NCBI GenBank assembly: GCA_976551045.1
Contig: CDPCPM010000007.1
Location: 3,658,001-3,722,000, forward strand
Direction: 5' to 3'
Length of the DNA stretch: 64,000 bases
Source: Glaucostegus cemiculus
Lineage: Eukaryota
Position 1 is the first letter of the stretch; each line of letters starts with the position of its first letter. The position numbers and the translations under genes are program-made. Under the pieces are notes generated by a model that worked only from the letters and a program-made list of their open reading frames with translations, did no database searches and had not been told where the DNA came from. Below are positions 24,524 through 37,815 of this stretch, piece after piece.

Positions 24524-24815
24524 TGTAGTGAGGCACTACTCACCGAGCTAAGAACTAGGCACAGTCGAAGGTCTGAATAAAAAAAACCCAGTATATTTTG
24601 AATCTGCCGTGCTGGCCTTTTAAAGCCAGTTACAAGTCCCGCCCCCTCCGGGCGGAAGTGACGTTCACAGAACGTCACTGATTGGCTCTCCCGCGCTGGC
24701 TTTTTCTCTTTTTTAACAGAGAGGGAGGGCCGGCGCCATCTTGCAGCTGGCCTGTTTGCCGACGCAGACCTTGTTCGTGGAGCTGGTTCGTCTCTCCTGC
24801 AGGTAAGTTGCTACA
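24524..24815 (-). mobile_element. Young CpG-rich solo LTR (292 bp, Gypsy-like)
   Basis: TGTAG...CTACA termini; exact 4-bp TSD GTAT at 24520-24523 and 24816-24819; on minus strand CCAAT, GC box and TTTAAAA occur in promoter order. Confidence 0.85.
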
Positions 24816-25094
24816 GTATCTTTTCCATGGTTTTTATCTTTCAAAGGATTAACAAGGAAAATTGTTTCCTTCAGGTGACTTTTTCTTCAACCATGACATG
24901 TACCATGTATAAGCATGATATTTAAGTTGTAAACAGAGGTTGTAGAGTATGTAATCTTTGTCAAGATCTGTGTGGATGAGTACATGCCTTTGAGAATAAA
25001 CTGGCTTTTCCCAAACCAGAAGCCCTGGATGAACTAGGAGGTTCACTGTCTGCTGAGGGCTAGATCTGTAGTGTTCAAGACTGGCAATCCAGAA

Positions 25095-26770
25095 TCCTAC
25101 AAGAAATCTAGTACAAGCTATAGAAGGCCATTGTGAATGAAAAGACAATTCTGGGTGAAATTGGGCACAATCTGATGCATGACAGCTGTGGCAGGGTTTG
25201 CATGCCATTACTTCCTATAAGGTGAAACCAAACAGCAGTAATGCGTCACTCCCTGATGAGCTCAACACTTTTTAAGCACTCTTTGAAAAGGAGAATAACA
25301 TGGTACCTGTGAAAATCCCCAGACCATCCAGCAACCCTGTGATCTCTGACTCGAAGACTGATGTCAGAACATCAAGAGGGTGAACCCTCACGAGGTGTCA
25401 GACCCCGACAGTGTACCTGGCCGGGTACTGAAAATCTGTGCCGACCAATTGGCTGGAGATTTCAAGGACGTCTTCAACCTCTCACTGCTGCAGTCGGAGG
25501 TTCCCACCTGCTTCAAAAGGGCATCAATCATACCAATGCCCAAGAAGAGCAGGGTGAGCTGCCTCAAAGACTATTGCCTGGTAGCACTTGCACCTAGTGT
25601 GACGAAGTACTTTAAGAGGTTGGTTATTGGCTATAATTAATTCCTGTCTGAGCAAGGACTGCAATTCACCTACCCCTCACAACAGGTCTACAGTAAACAC
25701 AACCTCACTGACTCTCCACTCTGCCTTGGAGCACTTGGACAACAGCAAAACATATGTCAGGCTGCTTTTTATCAATTATAGCTTGACATTCAACACCATC
25801 ATCCCCTCAGTACTAAACAACCAGCTACAAAACCTGGGCCTCTGTACCTCCCTCAGAAAATGATCCTTGACCTCCTTATTGGTAGACCACAGTCAGTGTG
25901 GATCAGTAATAATATCTCCTCCTTGCTGACAATCAACATAGGCTTAGCCCACTGGTCTATTCTCTCTCCACTCATGACTATGTGGTTAGGCACAACTCAA
26001 ATGCCATCTATAAATTTGCACAACTGTTGATAAAATCTCAAGTGGCGATGAGGTGTACAAGAGGTGAGTGGTGTCACAACAGTAACCTCGCACTTAATAT
26101 CAGCAAGACCAAGGAACTGATTGTGGATTTCAGGAAGGGGAAGTCAGGAGAACACACACCAGTCTTCACTGATGGGTCGACAGTGGAAAAGGTGAGCAGC
26201 TTCAAGTTCCTGTGCATCAACATCTTGGAGGATCTACCATGAAGAAGGCACACCAGCAGCTCTACTTTGTTATGAGTTTGAGATGATTTGGTATGTCACC
26301 AAAGATTCTTACAAATTTCTATAGACGTGTGGTGGAGAGCATCACCACCTGGTATGGTGGTTCCAATGCACAGGATAGAAAGAGGCTGCAGAGGGTCGTA
26401 GACTCAGTCAGCTCCATTTCGGTCACAACCCTCCCCACCTTTGAGGACATCTGCAAGAGGCGGTGCCTCAGGAAGGTGGCATCCATCATTAAGGACCTTC
26501 ACCATCCAGGACATGTCCTCTTCTCATTACTACCACCAGAGAGGAGGTACAGGAGCCTGAAGACTCACACTCAATCATTCAGGACAGTCTCTTCCCCTCT
26601 GCCATCAGATTTCTGAACAGTCCATGAACCCATGAAAACTACTTTGTTATTCTTTTTGTTGCACTATTTATTTATTTTGTAATTTATAGTAATTTTTGTC
26701 TTGCACTGTACTGCTCCACAAAACAACAAATTTCACAATATATGTCAGTGATAATAAATCTGATTCCAAT
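25095..26770 (+). mobile_element. Rex1/Babar LINE, about 1.7 kb with decayed RT
   Basis: PDSVPGRVLKICADQLAG..FNLSLLQSEVPTCFKRASIIPMPKK; YVRLLFINYSLTFNTIIP; LNISKTKELIVDFRK; IIKDLHHPGH. Confidence 0.9.
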
Positions 26771-27559
26771 TCTACTGTTCACAAATGCACAGTTGTGCTG
26801 AAATCGCATTGTTTCTACCGCATTCCTGACCTGCAGTCTTGGCAGCAGAAACGTGAAATTTGTTCTCTGAAACCTTGTGCTCGTATCCCATTTATCACTG
26901 CAGAACTACTGAATATTTCTTTAAAAGCTATGACTTTGTTTCATACAAATATATTTGTTGTGCTACAATAACTGTGAAAACCTTGTATCTGGATTTTTTT
27001 AATTAAGACTGGTCTCGCTTTTTAATTGACACATTGCCATCATTGTCTTCCTAATTGCTTTTAGGGGGGATTGATTTCACATAGCAAAATCGTACTCTTC
27101 TAATTTTAGCTATTATTGTAATTTACAGGGCATTTTGGAACACCAAATCACATCTTCCTCACTTGAACTTGCAAACCATTTAAAACTTAAACAATTAGCA
27201 GATAATTTTGTTAGAGATATTACAGGAGCAATACAATACTATGCCTCTGTTACCACTAATCTGGGTGGAAATTTGTCTTCTACCTTTTGCATCAAATGCA
27301 CCAATAGCTTTTGTTTGTATTCTGCTTCCAAAATTGGGTTCCATCTTTTCCAATGGAGTTGAATTTAGGAAGTAGAGTTGGATGTGCTGTATTATTGCAT
27401 CTAACATTTGCAATGTGGAAGAGTTTCAATCCCCCTCATGTCAGACTAGCCCTGATTTTTAACTGGGGACAGAAGTGAGGTGTCTATGTTGTTGGGGGTA
27501 AGGTGGGAGCATCAAATGGGGCCTGAGTAATTTTAAACCTGGCAGTTAAACTGGCATAG

Positions 27560-29340
27560 AAGGACTTGTAACAATACTATCATAAGGGACAAGGTATTGA
27601 AATGCTAATGGGACTTAAGTTAGATAAGTTGCCAGGTCTTGATGGCCTGGATCTGAGGGTTTTAAAGGAAGCAACTATAGAAATAGTGAAGCCATTGGCT
27701 GAGATTTTTAGGCACTTGAGTTTGGAGGAGATACTAGCAGATTGAAAATAACAAACATGACTCTAGTGTTCAGGAAAGGAGGGAGAAAAATATAGGGTAA
27801 CTATAGGGTAGCTGAACATCTTTTGTTGGCAAGATGCTGAAGTCTATAATTGGTTTGGGTAAATCAAGGAAGAAATGGCCAGTCATTTAGGGAAGCTTAA
27901 AGTAATGAAACTAAGTCAACGTGGATTTATGAAAGGTAAGTTGTATCTGACAAATTTGCTGGAGTTCTTTAAGAATATAACAAGCAGAATCTATTAAGAG
28001 AAACCTGTAGATTTGATGTATTTGGATTTTTCAGAAGGCTTTAGACAGAGTGCTGCGCAAAATAAAATCTTATGGTACAAGAAGTGTGCTAGCATGGATT
28101 GAAGATTAATTACCACATACAAGAGTCAGAATAAATGGATCTTTCTCAGGCTAGAAGGATACAACTTGTACCTTAATTATTGTGGAGGAGGAGGAAGAGT
28201 GCAAGACATCAAAGTTTGCCAATGACTCAAACAAGTGGGAAGGTGTGTTGCAATGAGGATAATGGGGTTCTACAAATGGATATAGATGGGTTGAGCGAGT
28301 TGACAAAAACTTAGCAAATGGAGTTTATTGTGCGATTGTGTGAGGTTATGCACTTTGGTAAGAGAGATCTGAAGGCAGTAATATTTAAAAGGAGAAAGAT
28401 CATAAATGAGCTAAGTGCTTGTGCACAATTTGCAAAAAGTTAGCAGGCATGTGCAGCAAGTGGTCAGGAAAGGCAAATGGCATTTTGGTCTCTATGACAA
28501 GAGGTTTGGAGTATAGGAATAGAGGTATTGTTACAATTGTACAGGATACTGGTAAAGTCACACCGAGAATATTATGCACAATTTTGTTCCCTTAAAGAAA
28601 AAAACAGTACAAAAGAGATTCACTAGACTAATACTTGAGATGAATTCTACTATCATGAGTGGTCAAAAAAAATAGATTGATAGTCTTTGATATTTAGAGG
28701 CAAAATCATTATCTCATTGATGACTCCAAGAATCTTCTATATTTCAGTGTAGATATCAAGATATTTCCACTGGCGGGAGAATCTCATTTGAAGGACACAG
28801 TTACAAGATTAGGGAGTGGTTATTCAAAACTGAATTGCATATGAACTTATTGTCTCAAAGGATGGTGAATCTCCAGAATTCTCCACCCCAGAGGGTTGTG
28901 GCAGCTAGATCATTGTGGGAAATTTAAAAAGGACCTAGGTGTGTCTTTGAAAGTTCAGGGAATTTAGGACAGAGGTGAGGAAAAACAACTACTCCCAGAG
29001 GGTTGTGAGTTTGTGGAATGCACTGCCTCAGAGGGCAATGGAGGCCAATTCTCTGGGCACTTTCAAGAATGAGCTAGATAGGTTTCTTATAGATGGGGGA
29101 ATCAAGGGATATGGGGACAAGGCAGGAATGGGATATTAGTGTTGAGGATCAGCCATGATCTCAAAATGGCAGAGCAGACTCGAAGGGCCGAATGGTCTAC
29201 TTCTACTCCTATTGTCTAATTGAGGGCTATGGGGAACTGGCACAAGAGGAGATGAGGCGAATCAGACATGGTCATATTGGATGGCGAAGCAGGTTTGAAG
29301 GGCTGGATGACCTATTTCTTATCAGATTTTCTGATGTTCA
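27560..29340 (+). mobile_element. CR1 LINE, decayed RT and 3' end, with a second CR1 3' end nested at about 28965-29218
   Basis: PGLDG..RVLKE, GFMKGKLYLTNLLEFF, YLDF and KFAND motifs; the 3' ORF end and tail occur twice. Confidence 0.8.
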
Positions 29341-30344
29341 TGGGCACTTATGAACATGCTATCAATGCAGTAGGAATCACCCAGACAACCATTTTAACCA
29401 TTGTTCCTTTCCCCCTCCCCCATCCCATTTCCTGTAGTTGGGCAGGCTTGTAATTGATCATTGAAGCTGTGTTTCAAAGCCAAGCAATCCCTTGATCTTG
29501 TAAGCAGTTTGTTAGTTATGATGGACACAGCTTTTCTTTTCAATTTTAAGAGAAATGGGAGGCTATGGGGAGGAATAGTCTATTAGCCAGAATCTAGTAA
29601 ATGTCTGCTTTTTCTCCCTCTTTGCTGCCTGAAGTGATTGTTTATATCCAGAAACTCATCAAGGAATGATTTGCAGGTGGCAGCTTCGATCAATTTTCTG
29701 TCCAGGAACTGTACATTGAAAGGAAGGTTTTAACACTGGTACATTTCTGGGAGATTTTAACTACTCTGCTGTTGCCAATGCTCTGAAGTCATCCAGGAAT
29801 ATTAAAGCAGGTGTCATTACCTTTAACAGTGTGAAAGTTAATTAGAGAATCAATCCATCACACAGTAAATAAAACATTTTATAACACCAGTGCCTTGTGC
29901 AGTAATATTTAAAATGCCATAGTTATCAAGATTCTCAAAAGTTGGGCCAAGATTCAGGGCTTATGTATATTAAAAAAAACAGTACAAGTAATCACATTCA
30001 TAAATCTGTCATTAAATTAGTTGGAACCATTTTCAAAGAATGTTACTTTCTACAACTTCTGCTCATCAAAGCTCTAGACCATGTTGATATTGTAATTCAC
30101 TGCCATATGTGATATTTCTCAGTGTAAACAAACTTCATAAGAAATTAAAACAGTAACTGATCAATCTTTATGAAGAAAGGTGTATATCCAAGCTATGTTA
30201 CTGATTTTTTATTTACTCTTTAAAGCACATAAAAGATAATTCTGAAATACATTTGAGTTTTGCATTTCAGCACAACAAAGCCTGTGGAAATCAGCAACTA
30301 TTAATTTTTTTTCTCTCTGCTAGACAGAGCAAAATCTTAACCAA

Positions 30345-31008
30345 ATCATTTGGTGATTCTGGAGCATTGCATTCAGTTCTGGTTGTCCCATTATAGAAGG
30401 GATGTGGAGGCTTTGGGGAAGGTGCAGAAGAGGTTTACCAGGATGCTGCCTGGATTAGAGTACATGTGCTATAAGGAGAGGTTGGACAAACTAGGCTTGT
30501 TTTCTCTGGAGCAGTGGATGCTGAGGAGAGAACTAATAGAAGTTTATAGAATTGAGAGGTGTAGATAGAGTAGACAGCTGGTATCTTTTAGTCCCAGGGT
30601 TGAAATGTCTAATACTGGAGGGCATGCGACACAGGTTCAATTCTGGCTGCTGTCTGTAAGGAGATTGAACGTTCTCCCCATGTCTGTGTGCAAAAGATGC
30701 ATTTCACTGTGTTTCGATGTATGTGTGACTAATAAAGATATCATAAGGTGAGTGGGGGAAAGTTCAAAGGAGATGTGCAGGACAAGATTTCTTTGCACAG
30801 TGGTGGGTGCCTGTGATACGTTCCCAGGGGTGTGGTGGAAGCAGATACGACAGAGGTGTTTAAGATACCTTTGGATAGACATGATTATGCAGAAAATGGA
30901 GGGATATGGACCATGTGCAGGCAGAGGGGACTAAGTGTCATTAGCTTAATTAGTTCAGCATAACATCCTGGGCTGAAGAGCCTGTGTTGTGCTGTTTTAC
31001 ATTCTATG
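30345..31008 (+). mobile_element. CR1 LINE 3' end with inserted SINE
   Basis: LEHCIQFWLSHYRRDVEALGKVQKRFTRMLPGL. Confidence 0.85.
30630..30742 (+). mobile_element. Internally deleted HE1-like SINE
   Basis: B-box region joined directly to the tail; V-domain core missing. Confidence 0.7.
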
Positions 31009-33069
31009 GTATTGGATTAGTGTGCAAAAGGATTGATGTGGAATCAGCTACCCTTTCTATATCTCTTCCAAATGTCAACCTGGTTTGTTCAATTGCACTG
31101 AAGTGATGCTGTGATGGTCTCTGTATTCCGATGGGCCAGATCTTGCTGGACCTGGCCTGGCGCACAAAGTTGCTGCCCAAGGTCCCCCACTCACATGTGT
31201 CCTGCCTGTTTGTTTGGGGAGGGCTGACCTTTCTAGCCCTCCATAACCTGGAGTAAAACCGCAAAGTCTCTGAGGTGAGAAGACCTTGGGCAGTACATCC
31301 TGAAACTCCAATTCCCAGTTCCAGAGGCAAGGCTGGGGTGCAGTGTTGCTTTCTGTCAAAGTTATCATGAAAATTAACATTTTTAACATGTCCCTGACAG
31401 ATACATTTGTATAATAAAAAAGTACTAACCTTGAAAAGAATGATTGAAAAAAGGTATGTTAAATTTAGGTATGTTGAATTTAGGGGAAAAAAACCAAGAA
31501 ACCTAAAGTTAATTCTAAATCTTAAATAAGACAATGAAAGAAAGATAAAATTACTTGCCTTCCCCTTCACCTTTGAATCTGCAGGCCAGGAATCCATATC
31601 GAAGCCAACAGGGTCTCCAGCTGTGGCAGAATCTGTGGGTCCCAGACTGGCCTCAGCAGACACCTCAGAACTGGAGTGGAAGTAACTTGTGCCCAGTCCC
31701 TAAGAGGAATAATATAGAACAGAAATTCCAAGTTGGAGGGAGGGGGTTAAGTGAACAGCAGAAAGATAATGCAAATAGTTCAGGTATATAGCGTAGGAGA
31801 TGCTGTTGTTAGGAGCATAGATACAGAATATTGAGAAATGCAATGACAAGCTCATGAAGAGGACTGCATCTATTGAAGTCTGGACCAGGAGCCATGCTTT
31901 GTTGCAGGAATCAAGTGCACGATGAAATGAATCAGAAAAGACTCCTGGAAAGTGAAGGTAAATAACCAAATTTCTTCCCCATCCTAGAACCAATAGCACA
32001 TAAATATTTCTGACTTGTAACAGATGAGCCTTATAGATTTAAGCACCAGATTTAAAAAAAAAAACTGTTAAAAAAAATCATCTTTAGATTGCTTCTCCCA
32101 TATTCCCACAGCGGTGTAGCTAGTAGAGCTGCTGCCTCAGTGCCAGAGTCCTGGGTTTAGTCAGGTGCAGCCTATGTGGAGTTTGTTCTCCCTGTGATCA
32201 CGTGGGTTTCCAATGGGTGCTCAATAAGTGGAGAAATGGGATAATAAATTAAGATTGTGGGACATACCTTGGGAAGACTTCATTTGTGATGTCATTGTGA
32301 AAGTAGGTTGCAAGTTGTTACTTTAAGTGTGGTTGCAGAGATGGAAAAAAATTCCTCAAAAATCTTGGAGCAATATAAACCCAGATGAAATTTCTACCAA
32401 TTGTTATGGTTTCACCAAGATTCAGGTTAGTGACTTCCTATTGGAATTGTTCTCATGATGCAGAGCTTTGAAGTTTGAATGGGACCAATTGCCCAAGCTC
32501 TCTATTTGTTCTTGCTTACTATGTATGGTCTAGAAAATCTCTTTATCCCTGACAAAGAAAATTATGAAAAAGTGATGAGGCCATAGTGGAAAAATTGGTT
32601 TAGTTCAATACCGTTTGGCTTTCTTTGTTTCAGTAAGGTCTGGTGGGTACTCTTACAGCTGGATTGATGCTTGTATCATTTATGTTAATATGTTGCTAAC
32701 CATGAACTCAAAGGTCGACTGGATTGGTGGATTTGATATCCTACAGATGTCAGAATTGCAGCAAGGAAGTTTAGTTCAATGCATGAATGAAAAATTAAAT
32801 TTAACACAGGTGCAAGATTTCAGTTTTATTGAGACTACTGAATTCTGATCTTGGATTGTTTGCTGCAAGAAAAAGGATTTGTTCATGGAATAAACAAAAA
32901 TAAAATGCTGGATATATTCAGCAGATCAGGTTGCACCTGTGGAGAGAGAAATAGGTTTAGCAGCCTCTGACTGCTTGAAATGTGGTAATTCCACATGCCA
33001 GCTAGCTTTTATCCTCTATGACTTCCTGACAGGTGTTTGCAAGTGGTTCCCCAGCTATGCTCAAGTTTT

Positions 33070-33852
33070 AGAAACATAGAAAAAGCACAGCACAATTCAG
33101 GCCCTTCGGCCCACAACGCTGTGCCAAACATGTTCCTACACTAGAAATTACTGGACATTCCCATAGCCCTTTATCTTACTTGGCTCCATGTACCTATCTA
33201 ACAGTCTCTTGAAAGACCCTATCATATCTGCCTCCACCACTGCTTCCGGCAGCCCATTCCACGCACTCACTACTCTGAGTAAAAAAACTTACCCCTAACA
33301 TCTCCCCTAGATGTTCCCCCCAGCACCTTAAACCTATGTCCTCTTGTAGCCACCATTTCAGCCCTGGGGAAAAGCCTCTGACTAACTACCCTATCATTAC
33401 CTCTCATGTTATACACCTCTATCAGGTCCCCCCTCATCCTTCTCTCCAGGGAGAAAAGGCCAAGTTCCTGCAACCTGCTCTCATAAGGCATGCTCTGCAT
33501 TCCAGGCAGCATCCTTGTAAACCTCCTCTGCACCCTCTCAATGGCTTCCACATCTTTCCTGTAGTGAGGTGACCAGAACTTGGCACAATACTCCAAGTGG
33601 GGTCTGACCAGCGACCTATATAACTGAAGCATACCTCCTGGCTCCTAAGTTCAATCCCGCAACTGATGAAGGACAACACATTATATGCCGCCTTAACTAC
33701 AGAGTCAACCTGGACAGCTGCCTTGAGCGTCCTATGGACTCGGACCCCAAGATCCCTCTGATCCTCCACACTACCAAGAGCCCTACCATTAATACTATAT
33801 TCAGCCAACATATTTGACCTACCAATATGAACCACTTCACACTTACCTGGCT
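33070..33852 (-). mobile_element. CR1 LINE 3' part, relatively young
   Basis: MLQLYRSLVRPHLEYCAKFWSPHYRKDVEAIERVQRRFTRMLPG; QRDLGVRVH. Confidence 0.9.
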
Positions 33853-34519
33853 TGATGACTCGAGGCCCAGCAGTGGAGCATGGACCTTCTTGCTATTTCT
33901 CAATATCTGTGGATGAGTGGGGAAGTTGAGGAGAGGAAATCTACCCCACTGAACCCAGAAGTTTGAGCAGGTGCACTATACATGGCGACTTTCTTACCAT
34001 TGCACAGTACAATGCAAATGAATTAATGGGTGTGGTAAGATGGAAAACAATCAACGATTTCCCTGTTGCAACAGCTACCAATGGCTGGATGTAACTAAAG
34101 GGTTAAAAGAAACAACTTTCTCTGTTAAGACAATTTGTTTTTTCCCTGGAGTTACTGAGACTGTGTGAATCAGCGAGACATCAGTGTAGAGGGCAGCCCC
34201 AAGCAGTAATCAGGTGCAGTCAAACAGGCAGCTTTGCAAAGCAGTCAGGGTCTGCTTCAGCCAAGCGAGACAATGGGGAGTGTTCATTTGCCCCAGACAG
34301 ATCCCAGGGCTTTGTTTGATTTTTGTCATGAACCTTTCTTGGAGCCACCCACCCTCCGGGTGTTCATTAACAGTGGAATTTTTCTGCACTGATGACTGAT
34401 GAGACTCTTGAAAACAATGGAAAGGTTTAGCAAAGATGTGGAATCCTTGGTTATGCTCGGACCAACCAGGGCACGAAACCCTCCTTGACTATAAAGATGC
34501 TCTACAAGATAGTCCTTCG

Positions 34520-35478
34520 GAACTTCTCCATGGGTTGGTTCATGGCCGATGCCTGACGACTGCCAAGCCCTTTCATATCTAGCCCAGTCAGCTGGACGCT
34601 GCTGCGCTACCTGTCCTTCGTGGGAAAGTTCTTCCAGACCAACACCTTTGACCACAAGTCTATCAGGCAGTGGTCAGCACAGAACATCTTGCAGGCACTG
34701 CAGGAGAAGGACTCAATGGATTTGGTGGGGTGGTTCCCTGAGCAGACTGTCCAGACCATCTGGCAGAATGCCTCATCGCCTGAACTTACCAACAAGCACC
34801 AAGACCTCACCTGGCTGGTGTTCAGAGGGGCTCTCCCAGTCAGATCCCTCCTGTATAGTGGAACCTCACTCTCAGCACGCCCTGCCCCCAGGAGGACTGC
34901 GCTGGGGACGAGACGGTAGCCCACCTCTTGGCAGACTGTAGGTTTGTGTGGAGGGTGTGGCAAAAGATGCAAGGGTCCTTACCACAGTTCATCCCCAGCA
35001 GCTGCGTAACAGAGGATTCTCTGACCTACGGGTTGTTCCTGCGGGGGGGGGGGGGGGGACACTGACGTCAACTGCTGCTGGAAGGTCATCATCTTGGTGA
35101 ATGACGCCCTTTGGTCTGCCCAGAACTTGTTGGTTTTCCAGCACTGTGAGATGTCCGTAGGGGAATGCTGTTGACTGGCACATTCCAAATTACAGGAGTA
35201 CGGGCTGAGGGTGCAGCCAACGCAAAGGCTCGGTGGGGAAGGACCACAGTTTAGGGTTCTTCTGCCACAGGAGAGGGAGGGGTCAAGTGAGGAAGCCCCT
35301 CAAATGTTGTAGATATGGGATTGGGGTATCACCCCAGGGAGTGTGACGTTGGTGCTGTGTTTTGTATATATAAAAAGGTAACACTAAGAATGGAACTGTA
35401 CTCCAATGTAAAGGTTTGAACTGTATTATTGTATATAGTTTTTTATTATGAATAAAGTTTATTTTGATAATAAAAAAT
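34520..35478 (+). mobile_element. Tx1-clade LINE 3' end
   Basis: KFFQTNTFDHKSIRQWSAQNILQALQEK..SPELTNKHQDLTWL..GALPVRS, then CPQEDCAGDETVAHLL zinc knuckle in a shifted frame; AATAAA and A-rich end at 35451-35478. Confidence 0.85.
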
Positions 35479-36349
35479 ATCTAGAACAGTACCCTGGGGC
35501 TCCCCTTTTGCAACAGACTGAGAGGCAGAAAATGCAACGTTGCTAAGTACTGGATGCCGATAAGTATCACAGAGAATTACATGCAAACGTGAGCTCAAAT
35601 TTTCTAGGGAAGTGTTAAGTGAGAGAGTTTAGGTTTTTGGTCTTGTTTCTTTTAGTTTGGATATGATTAGGTTTGTGGTTAGAGCCGTATTTTCCTTTGT
35701 GTTTAGTTGTTTTTAATTGTGTTAAGTAAAGTTACTCAAACTTTTCGTGTCTTTCATTGTCGATTCTGTCATTCAAAAGGAACCCAAAAGAAGCTGAGTC
35801 TTGTTTTAATACAATGGGCAATGTTTGTATTATGAAAGTACTGACCAGAAATTGACATTACTTTCACCCTTGTCTGAGCCTGTGTCATCTTAGGCCTGGT
35901 GCTGCTTTTAAGACTCCTTCCCTTTCAATGAAGAGGCATGTCTGCAAGAGGGGAATAAGTTTCAGGTAATTCATATTCTTTTGAAGGAGTTGAGTCAACT
36001 TAAATCCATTTGATTCAGTGTTTTCTTGTCCTTAATGTGTTTTGTTCATGTTATTTTCATGTTTCTATTAAAGTTTATGAAGTTATAATGGTGTGATTAA
36101 TGTGTATTACATTTTGAATGTTGGCCAGCTCTGACAGCCTGTTGAACCTTGTAGGAATGTGGTTTAACCTGCTGTCAAAGTATTTTTGTGACTTGGCCTT
36201 GCCAGTGGTAGCCAAAAGGCCTAACGCTGCACATGACACTGTAGCCAGGTTAGCACTGGTTCCATTCAGACCACAACCACTGGAAGGTTCACTCCATGGC
36301 TCCAGCAGTTGGAGGAGAAGCAAGCATGCCAGCCAGAGAATTTCAGGCC

Positions 36350-36505
36350 ATTGTTTCAGATCGCTGACCTTTCATCAGAACAGTTCCAATGAGGGGTTGC
36401 TACCTGACATATTAACCTTGTTTCACTCCTTGCAGATCTTTCCTGTTCTACTCAGCATCTTGTAGTTTATTTTAGATTTCCACGATCCACAGAAATTTGC
36501 TATGG
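36350..36505. mobile_element. Back-to-back hammerhead-motif repeat, old copy
   Basis: Minus strand GTT-CTGATGA-AAGGTCAGCGATCT-GAAAC abuts a decayed plus-strand copy with the family tail. Confidence 0.55.
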
Positions 36506-37048
36506 TTTATTTGCACATGAGCTAGTCTGATTGAAGTTACTTCCCTGAAATGAAGAATCCTATAATAATGTGCAAAAGAAGCACTGTGCATGGAAGAAAT
36601 AGCACAGAAATTCAGCTTGGAGTCTATGCTAAATTACAGACAGTGGTGTGGGTGAGATGGCTGGAACATATCCAGTGTCATTCTTTCCTCCTTGGTCCTA
36701 CCAGCTGACTAGTAGCATTTTCATAAGAGCTTAGGAAGTAGGCCTCATTTAATTGCTCTACTAGTTATACATCAGAACTGTGTCTGTCTTCATCTGCTTT
36801 CAAAGCAGAATTGGCAAAGATTGTTGGGGTTTACAAATATTCAAGCTCCCAGGTCAATTAAGTTCTTCAACTACTGGGAAAACTACTACATTGAAAATAA
36901 TTTCCTTTGTTACTAATAAATTGGCAGACTGTATCACCTGAAAGCAAGGGAAACAAAATACATCGTGGCTTCATCAATTTTATGACAGAATAGCTGAACT
37001 GATGGTAATTTATTATTTTAATATCTTTTTACTTTGGCTGCAATAGCA

Positions 37049-37335
37049 GACACGGTAGCAGCTAGTGTAATGCTATTACAGCGCCAGTGACCAGGGTTCA
37101 ATTCCGGCTGCTGTCTGTAAGGAGTTTGTATGTTCTCCCCATGTGTCTGCGTGGGTTTCCTCCGAGTGCTCCAGTTTCTTCCCACATTCCAAAGACGTAC
37201 GGGTTAGGAAGTTGTGGGCATGATATGTTGGTGCCGGAAGTGTGTTGACACTTGCGGACTGCCCACAGAACACTAAGCAAAAGATGCATTTCACTGTATT
37301 TTGATGTACATGTGATTAATAAAGATATCTTATCT
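37049..37335 (+). mobile_element. HE1-like V-SINE
   Basis: B-box GGTTCAATTCC, V-domain core and tail. Confidence 0.85.
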
Positions 37336-37459
37336 AACTGTTGTCCATATTCTTCAATTAGACTAATTTAACTTCTCTTAACTGCTGTCTAACTTGCTGA
37401 GTGTTTCCACCAACTTCTGTTCTTCAGATTTTCAACATCTGCAGTATTTTTTCTTAATC

Positions 37460-37815
37460 TTAGGAAGCTGAGAGGCGACCTTGCAGCAGTTTTATACAAG
37501 GGACATAGAATAGAAAGTCAGTCTTTTTCCCAGGACAGGGGAGTCGAGAAGGAGAGGGCACAGGTTTAAGCTGAGAGCGGAGAAATGTGGAAGTTTTTCA
37601 CGGGAAGAGTGGTGGTTTTCTGAAGTGAACTGCAGAGGAGGTGGTAGAGGTGGATATAATTACAATGTTTAAGAGGCATTTGGACAGGTGCTTGGACATG
37701 AAAGGAGTGTAGGAATACTGGTGCAGTGCAGGCAAATGGGATTAAGGCATTACAGTTGTGTTAGACAAAGTGAGCTGAAAGGGCCTGTTTCTGTGCTGGA
37801 TGATTTTATAATTCT
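37460..37815 (+). mobile_element. CR1 LINE 3' end
   Basis: GAGAGGGCACAGGTTTAAG (RGHRFK) and CR1 tail. Confidence 0.75.

Noticed and set aside
24600-24810. Host-gene CpG-island promoter and first exon
   Set aside because: Bounded by TG...CA termini with an exact 4-bp TSD, so it is a solo LTR; co-option remains untested.
27129-27362. Possible plus-strand exon GILEHQITSSSLELANHLK...
   Set aside because: An acceptor is present, but there is no convincing donor, no partner exon and no recognisable protein.
31004-31663. Longest ORF in the window (219 aa, minus strand)
   Set aside because: Non-ATG start, crosses an AT-rich low-complexity stretch, ends at a CR1 tail and has no recognisable domain; probably a chance ORF.
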